64,000 nucleotides of DNA, taken from contig OY740798.1 of the NCBI GenBank assembly GCA_963514005.1, positions 25,296,001 to 25,360,000 on the forward strand, in the 5' to 3' direction. The notes beneath the pieces are model-generated. The model did not search any database. It was not told the DNA's origin and worked only from the letters and a program-made list of their open reading frames with translations. Made by a program: the position numbers and the translations under genes. Position 1 is the first letter of the stretch. Each line of letters opens with the position of its first letter. Of this stretch, positions 49,390 through 61,437 are shown one piece after another. Origin of the DNA: Raja brachyura (lineage: Eukaryota).

Positions 49390-49716
49390 TATCTGCTCCC
49401 AAATTAAATGAAATTACTTGTGATCCTGTGAACCCTGAAGTCGAGAAGACATTGACTTTGTCCTGTGAAATAATGGATTTTTATCCAGCGAGTATTCAAA
49501 TTGACTGGCTTAGGGATGAAGTGAGAATAAATAAAAATCCCAAATATGTAATCGCTAACGAAGAATTGATGAATGAACACAGTCTCTACAGCCAAGTCAC
49601 CAAATTAACCTTGAAGCCAAGCACTCATGATCATCAACATGAATACAAGGTTGAAGTTTATCATTCAAAATCTTCCACCAAACCTCAGAAGCAATGCTTC
49701 CAGTTACTTCTTAAAG
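49390..49716 (+). CDS. NCR3LG1: B7-H6-like exon 8, post-TM IgC1-like domain 4 (F-strand Cys absent)
   Basis: LSCEIMDFYPASIQIDW...EYKVEVYH; tacag/gtgag; phase 1-1. Confidence 0.9.
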
Positions 49717-52073
49717 GTGAGTTAAGTTTCTCTTTCCGTTCTCAAGCTGTGGTAAAATGAATTCCAGCTGTGATTTGGAAATCATAATCAGCCAGAGCTG
49801 ATTCTAAGACCTGAAAAAGTTGATTGAGAGTTATTTGAGTGTAATAACATCATACTGGTGACATAGAATACGGCCCTTATGGTGTTGTTCCATAATAGAT
49901 TTTGTTTTTCTTTCATCATAAATTGCATGAGAGCAAGTTTTATTTTATTTTAACGATTTTGGGTAGTGATTTATGAATTTTGTAAAGGTGAATTACAGAA
50001 TTCACACAAACGGCAGTAACGTGGGACTTTGCTGTAATTTTCTAATATTGTATTTTTTTAAATTTCTATTGTTTTGAAAAGGAATAATTCAATTTTTGGG
50101 CAGTACAGTGACGTAGCTGCTAGAGCTGCTGCCTCACAGGGCCAGAGACCCAGCTTTAATCCTGACCTCGGGGACTGGCTGCGTGTGGAGTTTGCAGGCT
50201 CTCCGTGACTGTCGATTTTGTATGGGTGCCCCTTTTTCCTCCCGCATCCCAAATACATGCAGATTTGTACGCTACATGGCCTCTGTAAATTGCCCCTAGT
50301 GTGTAGGGAGACTATGAGAAAGTGGGATAACATAGAACTTGTGTGAACGGATGACTGATGGTCGGTGTGGATTCGGTTGGCGGAAGGACTTGTATCTCTA
50401 AAGTAAACTAAACTTCCCAAACCTCCACCACCTAGAATGACAACACTGGGGGTGTGGGAGCAAATGGAATTGATCTGACTTGGATATGTGCAATAGCATC
50501 ATAGAGTGATACAATGTGGAAACGGGCCCTTCAGCCCAACTTGCCCAAACTGGCCAACGTCCCAGCTACACGAGTCCCACCTGCCTGCACTTGGTCCATA
50601 GCCCTCCAAACCTATCCTATCCATGTACCTGTCTAAGTTTATTAAACGTTGGGATATTCCCAGCCTCAACTACCTCCTCTGGCAGCTTGTTCCAAACACC
50701 CACTACCCTTTGCGTGAAAAAGTTAATCCTCGGATTCCTATTAAATCTTTTCCCATTCACCTTGAACCTGTCCCCTAAGTGCTGCAATTCTTTTATTGGA
50801 ATGTATTATCCCTGCCTGAGTTTGCCACCCACTTGAGACCCACTTGTGCAGAGAGGGCAGTGTGATTCATTCTGCACATAGGTCTCACAAATGTTTTTTT
50901 TTATATACGAAAGAGTTCCGGTACACATATTGCTCCTTGCTTTTGGTGTCGAAAGCAGATTATCATCCTATAGGATGATAGGACTAGCCGAAGGGCCTGT
51001 TTCCATGCTGTACAGCACTTTGACTATGATTAAATGATGGAGCAGTGACAACTTTATAAAAATGACTGTGAATGTTTATCCACTTTATCCATGTCCCCTC
51101 GTCATCTTGTACTGTTACAGATCTCAGCATTGCTTCCTGATTTCTTGGATCCATAAAAAAAAATTTCCCCCCTTCAACAAGGAGCTTTTATTATATATTC
51201 ACAGTTTACAAAGTATTGTGTCATTCAAAACTGCTGTTCGTTCAGTTTGCAACACTGACCATCAGATTACGACATCATCAGCCCTATCCACGATGCACTC
51301 AAGCCTCTCATTACATCTTGGCAGCTAGTGACAGCTCGGTGGATGTAGAGTACCGTTAAATTTGTCTGAAATATGTAACGGTTATAAAAATACTTTAAAT
51401 ATATACGTAAATGTCTTAAACAAATATTAACACATAAAAACTCGAACAAATAATTAATACTAAAATTAAAATGCTGAATTTTCCTATTTCCACTGGATTG
51501 AAGGGGACAGTCATTCACGTTAATTTTTCTAGCAAACCTGAGCATGAAATACAAAGTGGATTGGACCTATCTTGTCACGCTTCCACCATTTAGTCAGAGA
51601 GTCGTAGAGTTGGCAAGCATAGAAACAGGCCCTTCGGCCTGCCTTGTCTATGCTGACTAATTTGGCAGTCTGGGAAAATCCAATTTTCCTGCATTTGGTT
51701 CATAGCCCTCTGAACATTTTCCTCTCCATACTTCTGTCCAATGTCTTTTAAACGTTATAATTACATCCGCTTCTATAGCTTCCGCTGGCAGCTCATTCCA
51801 GATATGGTCAACCCTCAGAATTTAAAAAATGGTCATCCCTTTAAGCCTAACCCGAATGCAGTGAGGGTGCTGGGGGTGGTGGTGGACAGTGGAAATAATG
51901 GCGTTTAAGAGGCTTTTAAATAGGCACATGGATATACAGGGAATGGAAGGATCACATGCAGGCAGATAAGAATTGGTCTTGGTATCATGATTGGCACAGA
52001 CATTTGTTGGCCGAAGGGCCCGTTCCAGTGCTGTACTATTCTATGTTTTAAATACATTTTCTTTTCTTTATAG

Positions 52074-52382
52074 GCTCACCAATATTTTCAGACTTCAAAA
52101 TGGTGCCAGAGATCCCATGGTTTGGTGAATATTTATCCATATCGTGTTCCGTACATGGCCTCTTAAGAAAGGATTTCATTTTTGAATGGTATAGAGGATC
52201 TGAGCCTGTGAAAAGTGGAGTAACTAATTCAAATTTTGTGCCTACTGGTGACAATTACAAAGTAGAGAGTTGCCTTAAATTTTTAGTAACCGCGGAAGAC
52301 TTTGAAAGAGAGTTAATCTTTCTGTGTAAAGACAGTTATAACAATGAAGCATTCAAAAGGCGTATTCAACTGCCCCTAAAAG
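52074..52382 (+). CDS. NCR3LG1: B7-H6-like exon 9, post-TM Ig-like domain 5
   Basis: LSISCSVHG...FEWYRG...NYKVESCLKF...ELIFLCKD; tatag/gtgag; phase 1-1. Confidence 0.85.
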
Positions 52383-54033
52383 GTGAGTGTGTTGTGAAAA
52401 TGATTTGTTTAACTATATTTTGATAAGTTATTATTCTAAATTTGTATATAACCAACATTGAAGACAGTAAAGGTTTTACAATGAGTGCAGAAGAATGGCT
52501 TTTGTTGTTGACACAAACACCCTTTTATCTACTTTCCATCTCTGGCCTTTGTCCACCCATCTGACAAAGAAAAACTCTCACCCAAATCTACCTATCATTT
52601 GCAAGGCTTTGTCCCACTCTCACTTGTCCAGCTTTCACTACCCCTGCTAAAATCAGTATGAAGAAAAGTTCCAAACTAAAACATTGCTTATCCACGTCTT
52701 CCAGAGACGCAGCCTGACACGCTGTTACTCCAGCACTTTGTATTTTTGTTTAGCTTTTGTTGTTCATCGCCTTAAGTGAATCGCAAAATCCTGGGGCGCC
52801 ACGTGCGACCGCGCTCCACTGCCTACACAGGTCAGGATCAAACCCAGGTCTCTGGCACTGTAAGGCAGCACAGCTATCAGGTGTCTAGAAGAGGTTTCAA
52901 GAATGATGTCTGGATTAGTGGGTAGTAGCTGTCAAGAGAGGTTTTTCTTTGGAACCGGAAATTGCAGGGAGACCTGTTGGAAGTGCCGGTATATAAAATT
53001 ATGAGAGGCAAAGATAAGTTAGACTGTTAAAGACGAACATACATAGCTTTAAAGTGAGATGGGCAAAGTTTAATGTGCGAGGCAAGGTTTTTTACACAGT
53101 GATTAGAGGGTGCCTTGAATATTGCTGCCCATGGTGGTGGTGGAGGCAGATATGTTAGTGACATTTCAGAGACTATTCGATAGGCACATGGATATACAGG
53201 GAATGGAGGGATATGGATCACATGCAGGCAGAGGAAATTGTGTTCGTTTTGCATAATGTTCAGCACAAACATTGTAGGCCAAACGGCCTGTCCCTATGCT
53301 GTACTGCTCTATTGTCTAATCAAAGGTGGGGCCTGACACTTCTTTGGGGTGTGGGAGAAAACAGGAACACCTGGAGGAAATCCACACAGTCTCATAGATA
53401 ATGTGCAAACTCCACACACAGACAGCACCTGAGGTCAGGATCAAATGTGGGTTTCTGGTGCTGAGGCACCAGCTCTGTATTTGGTAATGGGTCGTTAGTT
53501 TGAATTTGGGCCTGTGTGTCGATATTATTGGCACTCACTACAGAAATAGGGTATCACTGCAAAAAGGGTGGCACCATGGGGGGGGAAAAGCCAGAAGAGA
53601 GGTGGGGGCAGGACAAAGCCAGGCATATAATAGATGGACATAGGTGAGGTAGGTTTTTGAGTGTCAGATGGATGGACAAAGGTCAGAAATGTAAAAACAA
53701 AGTTTCAAAAGAGGGCAGAAGAGGCATGAAATTTGAAGCCAGAGGAAGTAGTGTGGGTGGATGAGGGCAAAGGGAAGGGGAAAGGAAGAATTGGGTGTGC
53801 ATCCAGGTGGGGCACAGGGGGGAGAGGGTTAAAAAAAAGGTGAGGGCAGTAAAAAGGGCAAGGGGTGTTTGTAAGGTTAATTACCGAAAAATGAAGTTTC
53901 CACTGTTCATAACGTTGGGTTGTAAGCTAACCAAGCAGAATAACATTATTTTGTTTGCCCAGGCCATTTTGGAACATAAAGTATGCATTAATTTAACTTG
54001 TATTTGATATTTGTGATTTCAATTTTTCCACAG

Positions 54034-54344
54034 CTGTGGCTCCTAAAGTATCATGTTTTAGCACCTGTGACAATGCTCAGCTCAAAATAGGTGGAAAATA
54101 TACCCTTACTTGCAAGATTGTGCATTTTTGCCCAGTGGATATAGAAGTTACATGGTGGAAGGGATGGAAAGTTTGCACGGATGATCAAATAATGGGAGAG
54201 CCCAAAATGGACAAAACAGGACTGTACTCTACAATCACAGAGATGCCAATTCTCATGGAAGAAAATTCGGTAACTTATGTTTGTGAAGTTCGACATGTAA
54301 AGACCAATGAAATTGTTGAGAAGCCATTCATACTGCGGGTTTAA
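54034..54344 (+). CDS. NCR3LG1: B7-H6-like exon 10, post-TM IgC1-like domain 6 and stop
   Basis: cacag|CT; LTCKIVHFCPVDIEVTW...TGLYSTIT...YVCEVRH...PFILRV*; the ten exons sum to 2895 nt = 964 aa + stop. Confidence 0.88.
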
Positions 54345-54828
54345 ATTTGCCTTATAACTTTACTCACACCAGCCTGTACAGAATTATTCCAACAAATAAT
54401 GAGTGGCATTACAGGGCTCTGGGAATTTATATTGAAATCTGCATGGGAGTATTTTCAGTTTAAAATCACAATATAAGAGTTCACCTTTGTGGGCTTTATA
54501 CCATTTACAAATTTCCTCCATTGTAAAGTTACCATAAGTAACAGATGCATATTACTTAATTTACACAAAGTGACATTAATTACTGTAATAGTTTTCAGGG
54601 AGAACTTGCTATTGCCCATATTCTGAGGCAAATTAGCCCATTTCCATTTAAAATTATGACATTTGAAAAGAGTGTTTTGGTCGCTTTGTATGCCTATCTC
54701 AATGGCAATTGAAAGTCAACCTGAATGTTGTGTCATAGATCTGTATAGCATGGAAACAGGTCATTTGGCAAGTTGGCATATTGGGGTATTTGAACTCCCA
54801 GGGGCGGAAATCGCTATCAAAACATGGG

Positions 54829-54831
<3 letters not shown>

Positions 54832-54863
<32 letters not shown>
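54832..54863. repeat. (CA)n microsatellite
   Basis: Direct observation. Confidence 0.95.
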
Positions 54864-54865
<2 letters not shown>

Positions 54866-57559
54866 TCTTGGCACGCGCGCACACACATGCGAGGCTTTGG
54901 ACGCTTCAGCTGTGGGCTCTGTGGACAGTAATTAGCTCAGGATTCTTCCAGTTTCCAGCCCCGAGACGTGGACGTTTCTACTATGGGGCTGTTAGAATGA
55001 GTTAACTAGTGCAGATCTGAACCACAGATTTAAAATACAATGGACAACATAATGTAGGACAGGACACTTTCAAGCTGTAGTATGGAAACCAAGCTATTAA
55101 AACCAAGCAATATATAAATGATCTGCATTATATGCAACCTAAAACTTTGTATTCTTGGATGTATTAAACATTTTGTTCCCCCAATTGCCAGCAGTAAAAA
55201 GAGGGTGTCAATTAGTTAATAAAATTGCTTTATAACCTGAAGAAAGCATTTGGTCTCTGTAATATGAAGGATAGGTAACATCTACCATCGCCCGGCGGGT
55301 GCTTCAACATCTGGAGCCTCAATCACCTTGATGCAACAATTTGACTGCCTGACTGTGGGAGAAGAAGCAGGGCAAAGAGATAAGACCATTTGCCTTCCAT
55401 CACAGTGAGGAGGTGTCTGGAGGAGATTCACTGTGATGGATGTTTGTGTTAAATAGTGTGTTTTGTTGCTTTTGTTACTGTCATGCACAAAATTTTGTTC
55501 AAACTCGAATCGTTGTACCTGCATCAGACAGTTTTAATAACTTCTCCCGTTCATTTTATTCAAAGGAATGCATATCGATGTAGCATTTAACAGTGACAGT
55601 TAACACATCGTTTTTGTCTCAGTCAGAGGAATTAAGTGATAAACGACTCAAATCGTTCTGCAGTACACTACTCCTTAAACCCAATACTTTACAAAGCTTG
55701 TGATGAATATGGAATGGATGAGCGTGTATCATTAACAATGGGTGACATTTTCAGAGTCTAATTCTTTTAAGAATCTGAGCCAGCTGACCATGCATGCGGC
55801 CGGGATTCCGCAGCGCACGGTCAGATGGGAACTGATTGCAAAATACATGTTTCAGAAAACATGGTGGGGGGGGAATTGTCCCCCACCTCTGAAAACATGG
55901 TGGGGACTCGTCCCTCCTATACCCCCCCCCCCCCCCCCCTCCCCACGGGATTCCCGCCCATGCCTACCAACCCTGGCTTTCTTCTAACATACCGTTTCCT
56001 GCAATCATGCAATATCCTTCAAATACCTTGATTAGGTGGATGAAGTGTTTGTTTGGCCATCCTTGGACCCATTGTTTCTTTGATTGCATCAAGGTGAGCA
56101 AACTGTACTGATTAATTCTTTAACTTTGTAAACAACAAACATCTTGAACCTTGGACAATTGCTGAGCTAAAAAGCTGAGTTTAGCAAAAAGCATATGGGC
56201 CCATGAAGTGAATATCCATCACAGGGGCAAGAGAGTTTCAGACTCGCATTATCAAAGTTAATTTTCCTGCAGAATTTTCATTAGCAGTAGGTTTTTGTTT
56301 GTTACTGCAAAGTATTTATGTCACAATGTATGTAGAGTATGGTTGTATAAGTGTCAATGGAAATGATTGCTTTTCAATTTCAATTGACTTCTACTGTCAA
56401 AGTATCCGCTGTACTCTTAGGAGACAATGGTTGATTATTGCAAGGAAATTACATGGAAACATGCTTTCTGTCCCCTCTCTGTTTAAATCCAAGGCAGCTA
56501 TTTTTTTCTGCCTGTCAATTTCAAAAGTAACTTTAAAGTGATTCCCAAGTTGCACATTGAAATCGCATTATAACCAATTCGGCCCACACAATGTAAGTAA
56601 TGTCTCCAACCATTAAGTTGGTTATATTTAATCTGTGATAATGGAAATGTACATTATAGCAGAACAACTGTATTACAAAAAGTTTGTCAACCATTAATGC
56701 ATCAAGCTGTAGAAGTTTGGTTTAAAAGAACAGATTACTTCAATTCCCATTTCAGTTCATCAGATCTGCCCTGTCAGCAAATAGTGAACATACTTTGCAT
56801 ATCATATTATTGCCAGCTACAAGGGTTTAAAAAGAAATAAACATCAAAAAATTATATTTGTAAGCAATATGGCCACATTTGATTTATATGGGCACACCTG
56901 GTTCAATAACTGAAGTATATACAGAGGGATAAATTAATAAATGTACAAGATTGGCAATAAAGTGTAGGTGCATAAAATCAGTGTTTCCCACCTATGGCTT
57001 GCAAACAAATCATATTAAAATACAATTTTAACAAACATGATCAAAATCAACAGGGGAGGTATTATGCCTTGCGTACTTGGTGTGGGCGAGATGTAACTCT
57101 AAACTCTAGACCTTCCATTGTGGTTAATTTTTAAGTGTCCCCTGAAATCACCACCAAGCGATTAATTTAAGGGCAATTAGGGATGGGTAAGAGATGCTAA
57201 GCTTGTTATTGGTCCACTTAGTCCAATGACCGGCGGTGTCAGTGAACAATTATTCATAAGCGTCTTTTAAATTTGGTGGGTCAGGAGATACACATTGCAG
57301 CTAATGGTTGATCAGGCCTCAGATCTCTACTGTTTGTTTTAATCAATTAATGCGGTAATGATGCTCCCAGCTTTCTCCCTGATGATATGTTAGCATAAGA
57401 GCATGTTCTGTATACATGCATAACATGCTCTCCATGTTCCCAACGTAACTAAGTTGCCTTTGTGGAGCCAAGGGAAGTAATGGTCTTCCATTGTTCCACT
57501 GGGTTTTCCCCTTAAACCATGTGACCCCAGCTCTTCCCCACCCACATTATGGTCCTCAT

Positions 57560-59295
57560 ATCCCCCTCCTCCCTGACCACCCACCACCCCTATACTAGAC
57601 GTCACATCGGCCTCCGTCCACTCATCTGCCTTCCTCCGGCACCAACCCCCATCCTCTCGGATACCAACACCCCTGACCCACCCCCTCTCGGATACCAAAC
57701 AATCTGTCCTTAGCAGAGGCCTCACCTTTGTTCCCCTTCGTCCCCACCTCAATGAGCTCCACGTCTGACACGATGTGGAGCTCTTCTTCCGTCGCCTCCG
57801 CATTAAAGCGTTTTTCCATGGAAAGGAGTCTTCGCGCTCCCAGTGATGACCCCCTTCTCTCATCTCCAACAGACCCCCTCCTCTTGGACTCCCCCTCATG
57901 GCCATCTACGGCTTTAGACCTTTCTACTTTAAACTGCCGGCGGGACATCAACCTCATCAACTTTTCAACTCCCTTTCTCACTCTAACTTCTCCCCCTTGA
58001 ATGTCAAGACTTCCATTCACTCTGCAACAACCCAGACTGGGTGATCAAACCTGCCGACAAGGGAGGTGCCGTGGTAGTCTGGCGTGCTGATCACTATAAG
58101 GCTGAGGCCACGCGCCAACTCTCAAGACGCCTCCTCCTACTTATCCTTGGACCATGACCCCACAGACGAGCACCAGGCCACTATCTCTAACATTATCACT
58201 GGCTTCATCACTTCCGCCTCCCTGCTCTCCCAAGCCGCCAACCTCATCGTTCCCCAGCTCCACACAGCCCGACTTTACCTTCTCCCCAAAATCCACAAAC
58301 CTGACTGTCCTGGCAGACCCATTGTTTCTGCCTGTTCATGCCCCACCGAACTTATTGCCACATACCTCGACTCCATCCTACCCCTAGTTAAATCCCTCCC
58401 TACCTATGTTCCAGACACCTCACACTCTCGTCGTCTCTTCCATGACTTCCGTTTTCTAGGCCCCCATTCCCTCATCTTCACCATGGACGTCCAGTCATTC
58501 TACACCTCAATCCTCCACCAGGAGGGTCTTAAAGCCCTCAGTTTGTTCCTCGACCGCAGAACTAACCAATCCCCGTCTACTGATACTCTCCTCAACTAAC
58601 GAAGCTGGTCCTTACCCTTAACAACTTTTTATTTAACTCCCATTTCTTCCAAATCCAAGGCTTGGCTATGGGCATGCGTATGGGCCTAAGCTATGCCTGC
58701 CTCTTTGTAGGATACGTCGAATAATCCTTGTTCGAGGCATACCATGGCCCTATCCCCGAACTCTACCTCTGCTACATTGACAACTGCATTGGTGCTACCT
58801 CCTGCACCCATACATAACTCACTGACTTCATCCATTTCACCACTAACTTCTATCCGGCACTCAAATACACCTGGACCATTTCCAACACCTCCCTACCATT
58901 TCTAGACCTCACTATCTCCATCACAGGTGACAGACTACTGACCGACATGCACTATAAACCCACTGACTCCCATGGCTATCTGCACAACACTTCTTCCCAC
59001 CCTGCTTCCTGTAAGGACTCCATCCCCTACTCCCATTCCTCCGTCCACGCCACATCTGCACCCAGGATGAGGTGTTCCACACCAGGGCATCGATGATATC
59101 CTCATTCTTTAAGGAACGGGGGTTCCCCTCTTCTACTATAGATGAGGCTCTCACCACAGTCTCTTCTATACCCTGTAACTCTGCTCTCCCTCCCCAACCC
59201 CCCACTCGTAACAACGGCAGAGTCCCTCTTGTCCTCACCTTCCACCCTACCAGCCGTCACATACAACAAATAATCCTACAAATAATACAACAAAT
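57560..59295 (+). mobile_element. Penelope-like retroelement, degraded RT region
   Basis: VLSRGLTFVP, VIKPADKGGAVVVW, LYLLPKIHKPDCPGRPIVS, FTMDVQSFYT, VPLVLTFHP; multiple stops and frameshifts. Confidence 0.9.
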
Positions 59296-59299
59296 AATC

Positions 59300-59503
59300 A
59301 AAGGTAGTCGTAGATAGTCTTCATCATAGTCGAAGGAGGTCGTCTTCACTCTCCACTATTCGGTGTCCAATTTTCCACGAACTAGTCATAGCTAGTCGAA
59401 GCTAGTCTTCAACACAGTCGAAGGAAGTCGAAGGTCTTCAACATGACATTTTTTCAAACTCTCCTAAACTCGCCAATTAGGTCACCCAAGTGGGACAACC
59501 CCT
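59300..59503. mobile_element. PIF/Harbinger-like MITE right arm
   Basis: Short TAGTCG/GTCTTC subrepeats ending AAGTGGGACAACCCCT followed by TAA. Confidence 0.5.
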
Positions 59504-61437
59504 TAATGGTCTTCCAAGATTTTCTATAACATCATCAAGGATTTGTCCCACCCCGCTCTATCTTCAGGCAGAAGGTACAGAAGCTTGAAAATGTGCTCCA
59601 TCAGACTCGGGAACAACATCTTCCCCTCTGTTATCAAGCTTCTGAATTGTCCTTCCATATGCAAGGGTACTGTCCAATTCAAACAAAAAATGTGGATGCA
59701 TATATGGATAGCAGGTGTTATTTAGAGGGCTTTGGGCCAAATGCAGGCAATTTGAACTAATTGCGCCCCGTAATTAAAATGGAATAGGAGTGAGGGAGGA
59801 AGCCATAGAATCCATTCCTCAGCTTCGTTAAAAGATGGGCTCTCTCGCCATGGCCGTCTTTCTACGATGGACGACTTGTTTGTCTGCAACTCATTGGTAT
59901 GTTATCGTAAATTGTAAGAATTGTATTCGTTTTTTTGGAAATCCTTTATAAATTATGATCACGGTTATTCCTCAGAATTAAATGTGCCTCATTTATAGTG
60001 CCCTATAGTGAGAGTGCTTGTAGATACTAATAACAGATAAGACTTAAAGTCTTGACTTGGGTTTAGGGCTCTCGGGCGGTAAAATTCAATATCAGCACAC
60101 CCCAAACCTCTAGTGACATAATTGTCTTTATAACATCATTTTTATAACACCATCTTCACCATTTGTTATGGCAATGAGTTAAAGAATTTGAAATTAGGAA
60201 TTGGTTATTGAATGCAATTTGGGGGGGGAAACAAAATCAGTTTTTCTCCTATAAGGGAGCAAACAGAATCAATGTGGCTAAATATCTACCAACAAATAGT
60301 TTCAGTTGATTTTAAAAGTGGATTGTCCATTGAAACAAATAGATAAAGGGTTCACAAAATAAAAAGGCAGAGCTGGTAGAGTTGCTGCCTCACAGCACCA
60401 ATGGCCGGGGATGCTGTCTGCATGGAGTTTGTAGTTTTGGCCATGACCAGGTGCTCCGCCTTCCTCCCACATCTCACAAACATGCACATTTGTAGAGTAA
60501 TTGTCCTCTGTAAATTGCCGAGCGTGTAGGGAATGGATGAGAAAGTGAGATAACATAGAACAAGAACAGCTGATTGGTGTCGGCATGGATGTGGTGGGCT
60601 GAAGGGCCTACTACGATGTATGTCATTTAAAAAAAACCGTGTTGATATACTTTTTGAGGCAATACATATGTGAGGAATGTAGAAAGCATTGTGCTTTCTT
60701 CCACTCTTACCTCAGAATTTATTTGCTGTTAACACTGGAACAACGTTGAAAGAAAACAAGTAAGTCTGGAATCAATATAGTCTTTAGACCCTTGCAGTAA
60801 AAAATAATGAATTCATAGTTCATAGGAGTAAAATTAGGCCATTTGGCTCATTGAGTCTCCTCCGCAAATCTATCAATCCCATTCTCCTGCTTTCTCCCCA
60901 TAACCTTTGGCACCCTTACTAATCAAGAATCTGTCAATCTCCTCATTCAAAATACCCTATGACAGATGACAGCTCTGGAAGCGGATACAATAAAGGGAAA
61001 GGGAAATTATGTGGTTCAAGCAGAATTTTAAAACATCTGCACAATGGATCATAGAGATTTGGGATCCTTGCTGAAAAATATAATGGGGCTGAAACAAACC
61101 TATAACTGTATTTTGATTTAGTTTTAAAAGATCTAGTGTACCATGTTTCAAGCTGTTTGATAATCTCTTTCCAATTCTATCAAACTGAAACATAAATTAC
61201 TGGAGGAACTCAGCGCGCCAGACAGCATCCATGGAGGGAATGGACAGGTGATGTTTCAGTTTGGGACCCTTCTTCCCTATCCATTCCCTCCACAGATGCT
61301 GCCAGACCCAATGAGTACCTCATGCATTTTGTGTTTTTGTCACGATTCCAGCATCGGCAGTTCCTTGTGCCTTTACCATCAAACTAGCAGGGTACATATT
61401 TAAAGAAAATATCTGTTTTCCTCAAACTATCTTAATG

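Noticed and set aside
47164-49598. ITIM-like SxYxxL/V words (SVYSML at 47164, SLYSQV at 49581) in the cytoplasmic tail
   Set aside because: They coincide with the structural E-strand (DGTYS-type) motif of C1 domains and are probably buried in the fold; no independent evidence of signalling use.
35374-54344. Alternative identity as tapasin/TAPBPL, Ig heavy chain/IgNAR, or SIRP
   Set aside because: No tapasin N-terminal domain or KKxx end; no RSS, D or J segments; the V and C1 motifs (GEYRCEVV.P, PIKN.DGT.NV) fit B7-H6 best.
54799-55962. Possible hAT MITE with CAGGGGCGGAAATC / GGATTCCCGCCCATG ends
   Set aside because: The termini are loosely inverted but the flanks (TGAACTCC vs CCTACCAA) show no TSD; a single element cannot be supported.
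57390-58020. 171-aa and 132-aa minus-strand ORFs
   Set aside because: Antisense readings of the C-rich Penelope element.
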